Notes under the pieces: model-generated
What the model saw: the letters and a program-made list of their open reading frames with translations, nothing else
Databases searched by the model: none
Told to the model about the DNA's origin: nothing
Shown here: in pieces, positions 28,899 to 39,246 of the stretch
Position numbering within the stretch: position 1 is the first letter of the stretch
Layout: the number at the start of each line of letters is the position of its first letter
Source of the DNA: Candidatus Babeliales bacterium
GTDB lineage: Bacteria; Babelota; Babeliae; Babelales; JANWKD01
Length of the DNA: 64,000 bases
Direction of reading: 5' to 3'
Assembly: GCA_963722255.1 (NCBI GenBank)
Contig: CAVRJO010000002.1
Coordinates: 160,001-224,000 of the forward strand
Translations under genes and position numbers: made by a program

Positions 28899-29862
28899 TA
28901 GCGACCCGCTTTAATTTCCGCACAAATGTGCTATACTATCCTTAAAATTTTAAAAAGGAGAAGCGAATGGCATTCAGTCTTGATTTAAGAGAACGAGTAA
29001 TAGGGGCAGTTGATGGTGGCATGCATATAGACGAGGCCGCTAAAATATTTGATGTCAGCAGAAGGGTAATTTATGAATGGTTAGAATTACGAAAAAAAAC
29101 TGGCGAGCTCAAACCAAAAACAGGTTATCAAAAAGGCCATAGCCACAAAATTACAGACTTGGAAAAATTCAAAGCATTTGCAAATTCTAATAAGCAATGT
29201 ACATCCCCACAAATGGTTATTAGATGGGAGCAACTTACAGGCGTGAAGGTCTCTGAAGACGTGATGCTACGGATGCTTAAAAAGATTGGTTTTACATCTA
29301 AAAAAAAACTTTTAGCTACGCCGAAGCAAATGCAAAAAAACGTGCCGATTTTTTAGAAGAAATTAAAGACATCGATCCAGCAAAAATCATTTACTCTGAT
29401 GAAACTGGAATTGACGATAATGAGGTCGTTCTTACTGGATGGGCACCACGCGGAGAACGTTGCCATGCGCAAAAAAAAGCTGAACGTAAAACACGTTATA
29501 ATATCACGGCAGCACTGAATTTAAATTTGTTGTTTGCGCCATTTTTGTTTGAAGGATATTCAAATTCTGCTGTTTATGAAACTTACGTAGAACAGGTTTT
29601 GGCTCCTGCGTTAGAACCTGGAATGGTACTTATAATTGACAATGCTAGCTTCCATAAATCTAAAAAAATAATTCAGCTTATCGAAGCCGCTTCGTGCAGA
29701 GTTATATTTTTACCCCCATATTCACCTGATTTTAACCCAATTGAGCATCATTGGACGGCTGTCAAAAATGCAATCAGAAAAGCTGCTGAAAATATTAAAG
29801 ATTTTTATGAAGCAGCTGTTTATGCATTGAGTGAAATGTGCGCGGCTTAACGAGGGGCGCTA
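28899..29862 (+). mobile_element. IS630-family insertion sequence
   Basis: Imperfect IRs TAGCGacCcgcTTTAAtttcCGCACA / TAGCGccCctcGTTAAgccgCGCACA, flanked by TA on both sides. Confidence 0.9.
28967..29850 (+). CDS. IS630 transposase, two ORFs joined by a -1 frameshift at the A9 tract near 29300
   Basis: MAFSLDLRERV HTH; shifted frame gives KKTFSYAEA...YSDETG, IDNASFH and LPPYSPDFNPIE. Confidence 0.9.
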
Positions 29863-29951
29863 TAGAGTGTTAATAATATTATAATAGCACTAAATAAATA
29901 TTTGTCCAACAAGAGCTAATGTTTCTATTTGAAATTATTCCTCTGTGGTCT

Positions 29952-30539
29952 TTATATCAATGGTGAGTAAAGAACTGTATTACTAAATGATACATAATAG
30001 AGGTAGGCTGAGTATAAAGAAAAAAATAATGAACAGAATAATAGAATATGTTCAAGGGAAAAACCTAGAAAAAGTGAACTTCCCCAAAAACCATAATTTA
30101 AAATTGCAGAAACTATATAGAGCGATTGAAAAAAAGTTTTAATTTTACCAACCCATGATACAGGTATATCAAAATTCTGTTCTAATGCTAAAATTCGTAA
30201 ACCCATAATAAAAAATTCTCTGCCTATCAAAAGAATAGCCCAAAAGAAGAATAATCTTTGAAGCGCAACTAATGCTATGAGAGCAGAAAAGAAAAGAAAC
30301 TTATCTGCTAAAGGATCCAACGCTTTACCAATTATTGTTTCCTGATTATGTTTACGAGCCAAATAGCCATCAAAAAAATCAGTTAAACTTAAAATAATGA
30401 AAAAAAGTGCAAGCACACTATTTATCAGCATGTTATTATAGGGCAATAAATAGTAGATACCAAAAGGTAAAAAAAGGGGCGAAACAATAAGTCTTATTAG
30501 GGTTAATCGTAAAGGAATATTAAGAGCTTGTAGTTTCAT
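29952..30539 (-). CDS. pgsA: CDP-diacylglycerol--glycerol-3-phosphate 3-phosphatidyltransferase
   Basis: NIPLRLTLIRL, TDFFDGYLARK, GKALDPLADK, REFFIMGLR and GKIKT motifs. Confidence 0.92.
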   Translation of the reverse strand: MKLQALNIPLRLTLIRLIVSPLFLPFGIYYLLPYNNMLINSVLALFFIILSLTDFFDGYLARKHNQETIIGKALDPLADKFLFFSALIALVALQRLFFFWAILLIGREFFIMGLRILALEQNFDIPVSWVGKIKTFFQSLYIVSAILNYGFWGSSLFLGFSLEHILLFCSLFFSLYSAYLYYVSFSNTVLYSPLI

Positions 30540-30588
30540 AGTATATTAAAAACCATCTTAACGGGCCGTGCCAGGTATTTCCTTAACA

Positions 30589-30693
30589 TTGCCCTACTGC
30601 GCCAAGGCTACGAAGGGCATACTTCACTATTAAATCCATTTGCCATTCCTTTAAAAAACTGGCTTGCCATACGAAGCTTCACGCGAAGTATGG
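30589..30693 (-). repeat. tRNA 3' trailer element after tRNA-Met
   Basis: Homologous to 32456-32563; transcript CCAUA-CUUCG-CGUGAAG-CUUCG-UAUGG. Confidence 0.8.
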
Positions 30694-30767
30694 TGGCGAC
30701 GCAGGGACTCGAACCCCGGACCTACGGATTATGATTCCGCCGCTCTAACCAGCTGAGCTACGTCGCC
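30691..30767 (-). tRNA. tRNA-Met(CAT), elongator type
   Basis: GGCGACGTAGCTCAGCTGGTTAGAGCGGCGGAATCATAATCCGT...GGTTCGAGTCCCTGCGTCGCCACCA; paired 1:72. Confidence 0.93.
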
Positions 30768-30789
30768 TTCTGCTTTTCAATTGTGGCCA

Positions 30790-32364
30790 TTAAATTTTAA
30801 TAGTTTGCATACCAATAGTATAAAGGAAAAAATTAAAAATGGAACGCAAAAAGAACAATCCTGTAATAAGTGTTGCAACAATACCAATCATAAGCGTTAA
30901 CGCAAATCCTTGAATCGGGCCATAACCAAATTTATACAGTACAATTCCCACAATAAACGTAGTAATGTTAGAATCCAAAATCACTTCCATAGCTTCAGAG
31001 AATCCTACTTGAACCGCTTTCTTGGTTGGAACACCACCCTTTAATTCTTCTTTAATTTTTTCAAAAATAAGAATTGAAGCATCAATCGCCATACCAATCG
31101 TTAAGACCATACCTGCAATACCCGGAAGAGTTAATGTTGCTTTCAACCAGCCAAGCGCAAGTAAAATCAATAAGAAATTAAAGATCAGTGCCACGACAGC
31201 AAAAAGACCTGCAACTTTATAAAAGATTATACTAAACAAGAACAAGAGTAATAAACCAACAATACAAGCAATAAGACCTTGTCTAATTGATTCTTGTCCC
31301 AATGATGGTCCAATACGACGCTCTTCTTCAAAGGTTACCGGAGCAACAAAGGCACCTGATTTTAATAAGAGAGCTAATTCATTGGCTGATTCTGTGGTAA
31401 AGTTACCATGAATATAACCACTTGCACCAATTGGTGTACTTACACGAGGTGCAGAAACAACAACGCCATCTACGATCATTGCTATATGTCTATTAAAGTT
31501 TTTGCGCGTAAGTTCATAAAATTTTTCCCCGCCTTCAGGATTAAATACAAAATTTACCACAACTTCTGTTTGCATTTGTCCACCAAATCCGGTGAATGCA
31601 TCCTTTAAAAGTCGTCCTGTTAAATCGGTACTTGCAGGAACTAAATAGTAACGTTTGCCATGAACTTCGTTGCCTGGGACAATAATCATTCCTTCTGGAA
31701 GTTCCCCATCATACGCATCAAGAATTTCTTCAGGGCTATTACCTTCGCGTTCAACGAGTTTAACTTCAAGAAGCGCTGGCTTACCAATCATCTCTTTTGC
31801 TTTTTGAGGATCATCAATATCAGGCAACTCTACTATTATATATTTATCACCTTGAGCTGATATTGGAATTTCACCAACACCTAAACTATCCAATCGAGTA
31901 CGCAAAACATCAATATTTCCTTGCACTGCATGATCAGCGATTCTTTTTACTTGAGCTTCTTTAAAACTTATTTTAACAAGTTCGCCTTCAATAGAAACCA
32001 CTAAATCCGAATCTTGTCTTTTAATAATGCTTTGAGCAGCTTGTGCAGTAGCAGGAGAATCAAAACGAATACGTGCCTCATTTTTTTCTATAGTATGTGA
32101 AACAGGTATGATATGCGCTTCGTTATCAAGCTTTTTTGATAAGCTAACAACTTTATCAAATAGTTCAGTTTCAACCGCTTTATCAGTTTGTACCTTTAAC
32201 GTTATATAGGTTCCCCCTACAAGGTCAATACCAAACTTTATACGATCAGGACGTAAATGGACACCACCATTATAAAATGTAAATAGATATGCAACTATGC
32301 CGGCCGCTGCTAACATCCATAGAAGAAAACCTGAACGAGTCAAACTTGTCGTCGATAAATTCAT
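30790..32364 (-). CDS. secD: Protein translocase subunit SecD
   Basis: FGIDLVGG, RLDSLGVGE, IGPSLG, TLTLPGIAG, IGMAIDA and ILDSNITT motifs. Confidence 0.96.
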   Translation of the reverse strand: MNLSTTSLTRSGFLLWMLAAAGIVAYLFTFYNGGVHLRPDRIKFGIDLVGGTYITLKVQTDKAVETELFDKVVSLSKKLDNEAHIIPVSHTIEKNEARIRFDSPATAQAAQSIIKRQDSDLVVSIEGELVKISFKEAQVKRIADHAVQGNIDVLRTRLDSLGVGEIPISAQGDKYIIVELPDIDDPQKAKEMIGKPALLEVKLVEREGNSPEEILDAYDGELPEGMIIVPGNEVHGKRYYLVPASTDLTGRLLKDAFTGFGGQMQTEVVVNFVFNPEGGEKFYELTRKNFNRHIAMIVDGVVVSAPRVSTPIGASGYIHGNFTTESANELALLLKSGAFVAPVTFEEERRIGPSLGQESIRQGLIACIVGLLLLFLFSIIFYKVAGLFAVVALIFNFLLILLALGWLKATLTLPGIAGMVLTIGMAIDASILIFEKIKEELKGGVPTKKAVQVGFSEAMEVILDSNITTFIVGIVLYKFGYGPIQGFALTLMIGIVATLITGLFFLRSIFNFFLYTIGMQTIKI

Positions 32365-32455
32365 ATTGATTTTTCCTTTACCTAAAAAATATATCCACTG
32401 CTACTCATGAAACTTTCCCACAAAAATAATAATATCGGTCCAGCCATTTCCTTGA

Positions 32456-32563
32456 TTGCCCTACTCTGCCAAGACTACGAAGGGCATACTTCGCTATTTT
32501 TCAATCTATTTTGTTATTCCTTAAAATAATTGGCCTGCCATACGAAGCTTTAGCGAAGTATGG
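32456..32563 (-). repeat. tRNA 3' trailer element after tRNA-Leu(GAG)
   Basis: Transcript CCAUA-CUUCG-CUAAAG-CUUCG-UAUGG; 12-bp long-range inverted repeat catacttcgcta/tagcgaagtatg. Confidence 0.8.
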
Positions 32564-32647
32564 TGCGGAAGAGGGGACTCGAACCCCTACAGGATTTCTC
32601 CCACAGCCCCCTCAAAGCTGCGTGTCTGCCAATTTCACCACTTCCGC
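32561..32647 (-). tRNA. tRNA-Leu(GAG)
   Basis: GCGGAAGTGGTGAAATTGGCAGACACGCAGCTTTGAGGGGGCTG...GGTTCGAGTCCCCTCTTCCGCACCA. Confidence 0.96.
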
Positions 32648-33089
32648 TTGAAAATGGTAATAACGTTAAGAAATGTATCAGATTTAAGAGCATTTATCAA
32701 ACTTTAATTACGTTTTTTAGCGTAGTAAATAAAAAAAGGCCTGCTTTAAAAAAGTCAGACCTTTCTTATAACGTTAATCTACAAGATTATTTAGTTTTTT
32801 TAGTACTGTTATTCACCTGTGCTGGATTATTTCGAGTAATAACTTGAGTACAACCCATAGAGTAGTTTCTGTCCCACAAACAATGCAGGAATTTTATACT
32901 CTTGTATTAACTCCGGTTTTCTAAGCAAATAACCGGCTGTAAATAGCGACGCAGAATTTTCTGCTACTAGTTTTAGAATAGGATTTGAGTATTTTATTGA
33001 TCCACGAAATTGCTCATAACAATTTTTAGCAAAAGACCCAAGCATACTATAGTGAACCCCTTTGTCAAGACACGAAATTAAAAAAAAAT

Positions 33090-33971
33090 TTAAATCATAG
33101 CGGCTCCAAGTTTATAAATTTGTGAAGCTATAAAACTTTCGAATAATTCTTTTTTAGATGGAATAATTTTTTTTGCGAAAATAGCGTCTGGTGCGTGATA
33201 ATTAAGCTTTGAATGATAACGTCGTGTATTATAAAAAACAATGTAACTTGCAAGCGCATCTCTTACCTGTTGAACTGTATCAAAGCTATGCAAATGTATC
33301 ATCTCATATTTTATCGTACGCCAAAGCCTCTCAATATAAACATTATCTGCCCATCTTCCTTTACCATCCATACTTATTTGAATTCCATATTGTTGCACTA
33401 ATTCAACCCACAGAGCACTGGTAAATTGACATCCTTGGTCGCTATTAACAATTTCTGGAATACCATGTTGCAAAGCACTATTGAACGCCTCTATGCATAA
33501 CGCTGTATCAAGAGAAATTGACAATTTCCATCCCATGATTTTTCGACTAAAAACATCAATTAAGCAAACCAAATATACAAAACCACCCCGTATTTTTATA
33601 TAGGTTATATCTACTTGCCAAACCTGATTTGGTCGATTAATAAGCAACCCACGCAATAAATAAGGAAATACTTTGTGCCCCTGATTTCGTATGGTTGTTT
33701 TTTTGCGAGGGTAAATGGCCTGGATGCCCGCTATCTTAAGCAACATAAAAACTTTTTTATGATTAACCAAAAAACCATTTTCTCTTAAAGCTACTGTCAT
33801 GCGCCGATAGCCATAGGAAGGCGTTTCTTGATAAATTTCACGTAGCTCATTCATAATAATTGCATCATTATTTTTTTGAGGTTTAGGCTTGTAATACATC
33901 GATCCTCTCGATACATCTAAAAGTTCACATTTTCTTTTAAAGTCTATTGCTTCATTTACACACTCAACCAT
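33090..33971 (-). CDS. IS3 transposase OrfB (DDE integrase core)
   Basis: YGYRRM, PNQVWQVDITYI, IDVFSR, NSDQGCQFTS and DNVYIERLWRTIKYE motifs. Confidence 0.95.
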   Translation of the reverse strand: MVECVNEAIDFKRKCELLDVSRGSMYYKPKPQKNNDAIIMNELREIYQETPSYGYRRMTVALRENGFLVNHKKVFMLLKIAGIQAIYPRKKTTIRNQGHKVFPYLLRGLLINRPNQVWQVDITYIKIRGGFVYLVCLIDVFSRKIMGWKLSISLDTALCIEAFNSALQHGIPEIVNSDQGCQFTSALWVELVQQYGIQISMDGKGRWADNVYIERLWRTIKYEMIHLHSFDTVQQVRDALASYIVFYNTRRYHSKLNYHAPDAIFAKKIIPSKKELFESFIASQIYKLGAAMI

Positions 33972-33991
33972 TTCCTTACGCTGCTTTAAAT

Positions 33992-34267
33992 CTATCGATT
34001 GAGCGAGCGTTCTAAAAAATCACGCTCTGCCGTTATTTGACCAATTACTCGATAAAGCCTATCAATTTCCTCTTGTTGGTCCTTTTCTTGTTTCCCCTCA
34101 AAAAGGTTGCTCATATTTTCTTCAGCATGTCTTTTCCAGATAGAGATTTGTGCAGGAGCAATGCTATGTTCCTGACTTAGTTCGTTTAAAGTTTTTTGTT
34201 CTCTAATAGCATCTATAGCTACTTTTGCTTTGAATGAACTACTATGTTTTTTATATCTTCTTGCCAT
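33992..34267 (-). CDS. IS3 transposase OrfA (HTH)
   Basis: MARRYKKHSSSFKAKVAIDA...ISIWK...LYRVIGQITAERDFL. Confidence 0.93.
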   Translation of the reverse strand: MARRYKKHSSSFKAKVAIDAIREQKTLNELSQEHSIAPAQISIWKRHAEENMSNLFEGKQEKDQQEEIDRLYRVIGQITAERDFLERSLNR

Positions 34268-34639
34268 AAAAATTCCCCGATAATAATGTTCACTTTCATG
34301 TTCATTAAAAACTAACACATTTTTAATTTTATCGTGTCAAGTTTCTGGGGTTCATTATATACAAGCTCCAATTGCTCCTACCACAAAAGCATTGTCCTTT
34401 ATTTTAGTACGATCAAAATACAGGCAATATAGTCCGGCGAACGTAAATAGAGAATTATCAACAACTGTTTTTGATAATGCATGCCCTATTTTTGAAACCT
34501 TTGCGCCCAAACCTTCATTCATTGTAAAAGAAGTTGAAACTACACAAAATAGAGCTACCAATACTATTGTACAAAACTTTTTGTTCATATATACCTTTCG
34601 TTTATTTGTATTTTAAAAGCAATTTTTTTAATTTTAATA

Positions 34640-35185
34640 CTATAAAATAGTTACAAAACCATCATCTTTATTTAATTTTTTATAATTTCGGGCAAAGGTT
34701 TGCAAAATGTTACATGCAACAAAACAACTAATCCAAGGATGATTACGAATTCCTTCACGATCACAACAGATTTTTTGGAGTGCTAACCCCAAGTCATAAG
34801 GCACATCTACAACAGTCTGTAAAAGGCTATTTCGAATTTGAATTTTATTCTCGAAAAAACCATGGTAGAATACTGGAACAATTAAAGAACTTGCAATTGC
34901 GACACTTCTACCAGGATTATCCTTAATGAAATCCTTTTCAATCCACAAATGCCAAAGACCAAAACATAGGCTTAAAGGACTTTTTATTATTGTTTTAGCT
35001 ACGCCATGACACAATCCAGAAATCACATAAGTGCCGCCCTTTTTAATATTTGATCCCCAATTATTAACATTAGTTTCTTGATCACTTCCATCGCCAAGAT
35101 CAAATTTCATTGCAAACGAGTTGGCAACAAATAGTAATGAAGTCACTAACATCAATTTTGTGCACAATTTTTTATACATAAACAC
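34640..35185 (-). CDS. Small secreted membrane protein, array member
   Basis: MYKKLCTKLMLVTSLLFVANSFA-MK signal shared with the next gene; two internal hydrophobic repeats. Confidence 0.75.
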   Translation of the reverse strand: MFMYKKLCTKLMLVTSLLFVANSFAMKFDLGDGSDQETNVNNWGSNIKKGGTYVISGLCHGVAKTIIKSPLSLCFGLWHLWIEKDFIKDNPGRSVAIASSLIVPVFYHGFFENKIQIRNSLLQTVVDVPYDLGLALQKICCDREGIRNHPWISCFVACNILQTFARNYKKLNKDDGFVTIL

Positions 35186-35220
35186 CTTTCATAGGAAACA
35201 GTTTCTAAAGAATACCTTTA

Positions 35221-35712
35221 TTATTGCTTAATATTGTCATTAGTTGATGCCGGAATGCGATTACATACTGTATTCAAAAGCACAGATAGCAACGGCAATG
35301 TTACAAATTGTGCAGCAACAGCTCCTGTCATCCAAGGATGATTCTTTATTTGATCCCTTTGACACACTAATGCATATCCTGCTATACCGGCACTAACAGA
35401 ATAACTACACAGAGTATTTAGTATAAAATTTTTAGGATATTTTATTCTTGGCACCAGAAAATTTTTTACAAATGATCCTGCTAAACCCGCAGCAACACAA
35501 CCAGCCACTATCTTATTCTGGACTATTGCCTCTCTATTAAAAGCTAAATAATAGGTCCCAATAGCAAGAGGAGCCGTGTTCTCAATAAGCGTACTCACAC
35601 ATGCAAAGCCAAAAGTAGGTTTCGCACCCCTTTTCATTGCAAATGAGTTAGCAACAAATAGTAATGAAACGACTAACATTAATTTTGTGCACAATTTTTT
35701 ATACATAAACAC
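35221..35712 (-). CDS. Small secreted membrane protein, array member
   Basis: Near-identical signal peptide; internal repeats LAFNREAIVQNK and LVCQRDQIKNHP. Confidence 0.75.
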   Translation of the reverse strand: MFMYKKLCTKLMLVVSLLFVANSFAMKRGAKPTFGFACVSTLIENTAPLAIGTYYLAFNREAIVQNKIVAGCVAAGLAGSFVKNFLVPRIKYPKNFILNTLCSYSVSAGIAGYALVCQRDQIKNHPWMTGAVAAQFVTLPLLSVLLNTVCNRIPASTNDNIKQ

Positions 35713-35793
35713 CTTTCGTAAATATTTTAGTTACAAATCAGACTATAGAATATCAAAAATATTTACGTTGTACATAAAATAATTTTCTACAAA

Positions 35794-35824
35794 AATAGGC
35801 ATTTGAAATATCAAATGCCTATTT
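35794..35824. terminator. Intrinsic terminator-like hairpin
   Basis: aaataggcatttga-aata-tcaaatgcctattt; gives a T-tail on the minus strand. Confidence 0.6.
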
Positions 35825-35866
35825 ACACACAATTAAATTCCGAAAAATATATTTTTCCAGTTCGTG

Positions 35867-36316
35867 TTATTCATTGCAATCATTAATAGTATTAAGAACT
35901 ATATAAGAACCAACAACAAGATTTGCTGGGTCTTGCATAATTTTATCTCGATTTACAATAAAATTATATAACAACCAACAGGATGCAAATGGGTACTTAA
36001 ATGGAACTTTGACTAACGTTGGTAAATCTTTAATAAATGAAACTCTGCTAAGAGCATCACCAATCCAACCTCCTGCTAAACAAGCAATCATATGATTATC
36101 CTTCAAATCGAATAAATTTGAGGACCTCTTGGACACAATATTATGTGAAAATAATGCAACAAAACTGGTACTTAAATTATTTGGATTTAGCCCATTTCTA
36201 ACAGCTTCGCAAACTGATCGATTCATATTAATCAAATCTCTACTTAAACCTGAAACTACAACATTAGTTTTTGTTACACAATAAAGACTCAATATGACTA
36301 AGTAGATTTTCTTCAT
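35867..36316 (-). CDS. Small secreted membrane protein, divergent array member
   Basis: Signal peptide; FIVNRDKIMQDP matches the array repeat motif. Confidence 0.65.
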   Translation of the reverse strand: MKKIYLVILSLYCVTKTNVVVSGLSRDLINMNRSVCEAVRNGLNPNNLSTSFVALFSHNIVSKRSSNLFDLKDNHMIACLAGGWIGDALSRVSFIKDLPTLVKVPFKYPFASCWLLYNFIVNRDKIMQDPANLVVGSYIVLNTINDCNE

Positions 36317-36345
36317 ACTATTCCTTTTTTTTGATTTATTTGTTT

Positions 36346-38091
36346 TTATTTTTCTTTTTCACTAACTTTCTTTGCAGCTTTTTTCTCAGCACCAATATTT
36401 TCTTTTGCAGCCGATTCAACTTTTTCCTTCTCAGATGCTTTTTTCCCCTTTTCTGCTGCTTTTGTAACTTCAACAGGGATCTTTGGCGCAACCTTTTTTG
36501 TTACAAAAAAACTCATACCATACTCCCAAATAGAATTAACAACCGAAAGTGGATAACGCCATACTATGGCAATATAATCAAACCAACTCTCTTCTTTCTT
36601 TACTTCTTTTTGAGGAGTCTTTAGTTCAGGAACTTTTTCTTGTTCCTTCTTTTGCGCTTCTTCTTTTTTTTGTTTCTTACCTTTTCTTGCGAGCTTTTCA
36701 GCTTTTTTAATTTTTTTTACTTCTTCTTGAAGATTAATACCCTTAGCCTCTAGAGCTTTGATCTTTTCTTGCGTATCGCTCATGTTTTGTTTAAGAGTAC
36801 TGATTACACTATCAAAATAATGCAGTAAATCACCATTAAGATATTTAAGAATCTCCTGCATATTTTTCAAAAGCGATTCAGTCTGAAGATAAAGCTCTTC
36901 AGCCTTTTCGTCGCTTAAAACCTTCTTAATTGTTTGAAAATTCCTCCATGCACGTGTTTGATAACTATTACTTGTAGTTATCTCTTTTTCTAGTTGCATG
37001 AGAGCTTCATCCAATGATGCATCCATCTCGGTAATCGATTTTAGGGTAGCTTTTAAACTTTTTAATTCGGTAATTTTATTTTCAACTTCTTGCAAAAGAG
37101 TACGTTCTTCCTCTGTAAGATCCCCCTCTTGAACACGTTCGGCTTTTAATTGTTTAACCAAGGTAGAAAGCAGTTGATTTAAATCACCAAGTTCAAATCC
37201 AATAGAATTAGCAAAGGTATCAAATGAACGATCAGTTTTATTTCGTTTTACGAGGTAATCTACGCGAACTTCCAATGTTTTAGTAAAAACATCTTTTATT
37301 TTTTCAATAACATCAATCGTTTTTTCAAGAGCTTGCCGTTTCAAAAGCCAGTTACCGCCCTCTTGCTCAAGAGTATCAATTCCTTCGCCAACAGGCACTA
37401 CTGGTTGCTTTTTAGCTACCTGTACCGGCACTTCTTCATTTTTTGTTTCGGGTACGACCGTTGGTGCTGCAGGTATTTCTTGCTCAACCTTTTTTTTGGC
37501 CTCCTCAGTGGTTGGCGCAACTTCCTTAGCCTCAGATTTTGGAGCTTCGGTTTTTTCTTGAATTGTAGTTTGAGCAGCAGGCTGTGTCATCATTGGTTGA
37601 ATAGCCGTCGGTTGAACAGCAGCTGGCTGAACAGCCGGTTGTTGCACTGGCTGCACAGATAGATTTACTTGAGGTGCCACCGCAGGCTGTGTAACGGGAA
37701 CTGCAGGGGGCGTTACAGCCGGTTGTGCAGCCGGAGCTACAGTAGGAGCAGCCGGAGCTGCAGATACCGGTGCTTGTGGAGCTGCTTGAACCGATGCTAC
37801 AGGTTTTTGAATAGCAGTTTGTTCGATTGCAACTTGTCCCTTTGCGCCTTCGCTTGTGGTTTGAACTATAGGCTGCTGCGTCATTGGTGCACCCGTTGTC
37901 GCCACAGGAGAAACCGGTTGCTGTACTGGCGCCGGTTGTTCCGATATAACTTTTGTTTCAGCTGCAGGAGCGGCAGTTGTAGCAGAAGGCTGAATTGGTT
38001 CTTGAGGAATGTTCTGCGCTGCGTCGACGAGATAAAATAAACTTATACAGTAAAGTAAACAGCAATGCATTGTAACACGCGTGATAATCAT
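36346..38091 (-). CDS. Exported protein with Pro/Ala/Gln/Val-rich linker and coiled-coil domain
   Basis: Signal peptide; QPAV/APAA low-complexity region; long heptad-like helices; Lys/Glu-rich tail. Confidence 0.8.
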   Translation of the reverse strand: MIITRVTMHCCLLYCISLFYLVDAAQNIPQEPIQPSATTAAPAAETKVISEQPAPVQQPVSPVATTGAPMTQQPIVQTTSEGAKGQVAIEQTAIQKPVASVQAAPQAPVSAAPAAPTVAPAAQPAVTPPAVPVTQPAVAPQVNLSVQPVQQPAVQPAAVQPTAIQPMMTQPAAQTTIQEKTEAPKSEAKEVAPTTEEAKKKVEQEIPAAPTVVPETKNEEVPVQVAKKQPVVPVGEGIDTLEQEGGNWLLKRQALEKTIDVIEKIKDVFTKTLEVRVDYLVKRNKTDRSFDTFANSIGFELGDLNQLLSTLVKQLKAERVQEGDLTEEERTLLQEVENKITELKSLKATLKSITEMDASLDEALMQLEKEITTSNSYQTRAWRNFQTIKKVLSDEKAEELYLQTESLLKNMQEILKYLNGDLLHYFDSVISTLKQNMSDTQEKIKALEAKGINLQEEVKKIKKAEKLARKGKKQKKEEAQKKEQEKVPELKTPQKEVKKEESWFDYIAIVWRYPLSVVNSIWEYGMSFFVTKKVAPKIPVEVTKAAEKGKKASEKEKVESAAKENIGAEKKAAKKVSEKEK

Positions 38092-38119
38092 AACAATCCT
38101 TCTTTATACTTAGTATAGA

Positions 38120-38578
38120 TTATAAAGTTTTTGCCAAATCTTTTAATTCAAGCAATAAGTTCTTTGATAATTCTTCTGCTTCCCAAGAAGTATAACTCCA
38201 TTGAACGCCCTTATCAACACGCGTTAAAAGCGAACGATCACTTTTGATGTCAATAATATCAATGCGTACAATATTCATCAATGGATGAACTATAGATGGT
38301 GCTCTTACTACGCCTGCACGACCTAAAACACTATAGGCAGTATTGTTTTCTTCTAAAAAACAAAGCATAACTTTTTTTTGCCATACCATATTATGGTATC
38401 CTGTATGCTCTTTATGAATTGATATCAAAATACTTTCTAGGCCTTTAGGATAAACACAATGAATAGGAGTTGTATGAGGAAGTCCTTTTTCAGAAAATGT
38501 TGCCAGAATGCCAACCGGCGCTTTTTTTAAAACTGCAATTAAATCATCAGGAAGTTTAACACCAACATGTTTAGCCAT
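38120..38578 (-). CDS. Pyridoxamine 5'-phosphate oxidase-like FMN-binding split-barrel protein
   Basis: GILATFSEKGLPHTTPI, TGYHNM and YSVLGRA pattern. Confidence 0.7.
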   Translation of the reverse strand: MAKHVGVKLPDDLIAVLKKAPVGILATFSEKGLPHTTPIHCVYPKGLESILISIHKEHTGYHNMVWQKKVMLCFLEENNTAYSVLGRAGVVRAPSIVHPLMNIVRIDIIDIKSDRSLLTRVDKGVQWSYTSWEAEELSKNLLLELKDLAKTL

Positions 38579-38753
38579 ATAAAAACCCTTTATCTTGTTA
38601 AAAAAATATAAATTTCATGAATAATTTTTCTCATTTATACACTGTCTATAAAAAGCAATTTAAAAAGCAATTTGTTTGTATATACGAGAGGAAATAACAA
38701 AAATCATGTGCATGTATCTATTGTAACAGCACTGTCAAGAGGGGAACCCCCAA

Positions 38754-39230
38754 TTAACCATCTTTTGGCATGGTATTTTGTATTACTCGAATACTCAGAT
38801 ATAAATGCTCCTGGAGCACAGAATCATCAACATCCTGATCTGAAAATTTCACAGCAGTAGTTTCATTAAAAATTTTTTTTAAATCTTTTATCTGCTCATA
38901 AACAAATTTGTTATTTTCTAAGTATTCTACCATTTCTTCATCGGTTTTACCACGCAGATCTAATGAATATCGCTCAATGAGATAATTTTTAAGTAATGAA
39001 GTTAAGGAAAAATAGAAGACTTTATGATTTTTACGATCCAAAACGGCTAACTCTTCTAATGCTTTGCGCCAATATTTTTTTCTAGCTGCAACTCTTTTTT
39101 GATACCAATAAGAGAATAATCCAACTAAAATCACACATAGACCACAAACAACTATGTGCAAGGAATAGCGAATAAACCATGGGGGTTGGTACCAAATATC
39201 ATACACATCAAATAGTTCTATATCTGTCAT
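38754..39230 (-). CDS. Membrane protein of the type found after DUF58 genes (BatA-region/DUF4381-like)
   Basis: LFDVYDIWYQPPW plus TM helix, then ALEEL, LTSLLKNYLIERY, TDEEM and AVKFS; follows the DUF58 gene. Confidence 0.65.
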   Translation of the reverse strand: MTDIELFDVYDIWYQPPWFIRYSLHIVVCGLCVILVGLFSYWYQKRVAARKKYWRKALEELAVLDRKNHKVFYFSLTSLLKNYLIERYSLDLRGKTDEEMVEYLENNKFVYEQIKDLKKIFNETTAVKFSDQDVDDSVLQEHLYLSIRVIQNTMPKDG

Positions 39231-39246
39231 AAAATCTCCATATGTA

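Larger units (their letters stand above)
33048..34359 (-). mobile_element. IS3-family insertion sequence
   Basis: IRs TATAgTGAACCCC(n8)GACACGA / TATAaTGAACCCC(n8)GACACGA; 3-bp target duplication TAC at 33045-33047 and 34360-34362. Confidence 0.92.
32827..34588 (-). pseudogene. Small secreted membrane protein gene split by IS3
   Basis: Removing 33048-34359 and one TAC joins ...VGAIGAC to MLGSFAKN... in frame; paralog of 35221-35712. Confidence 0.85.

Noticed and set aside
32560..32847. 95-aa ORF
   Set aside because: Antisense translation of tRNA-Leu(GAG).
37333..38040. Arg/Cys/Ser-rich plus-strand ORFs
   Set aside because: Antisense shadows of the Pro/Ala-rich linker in 36346-38091.
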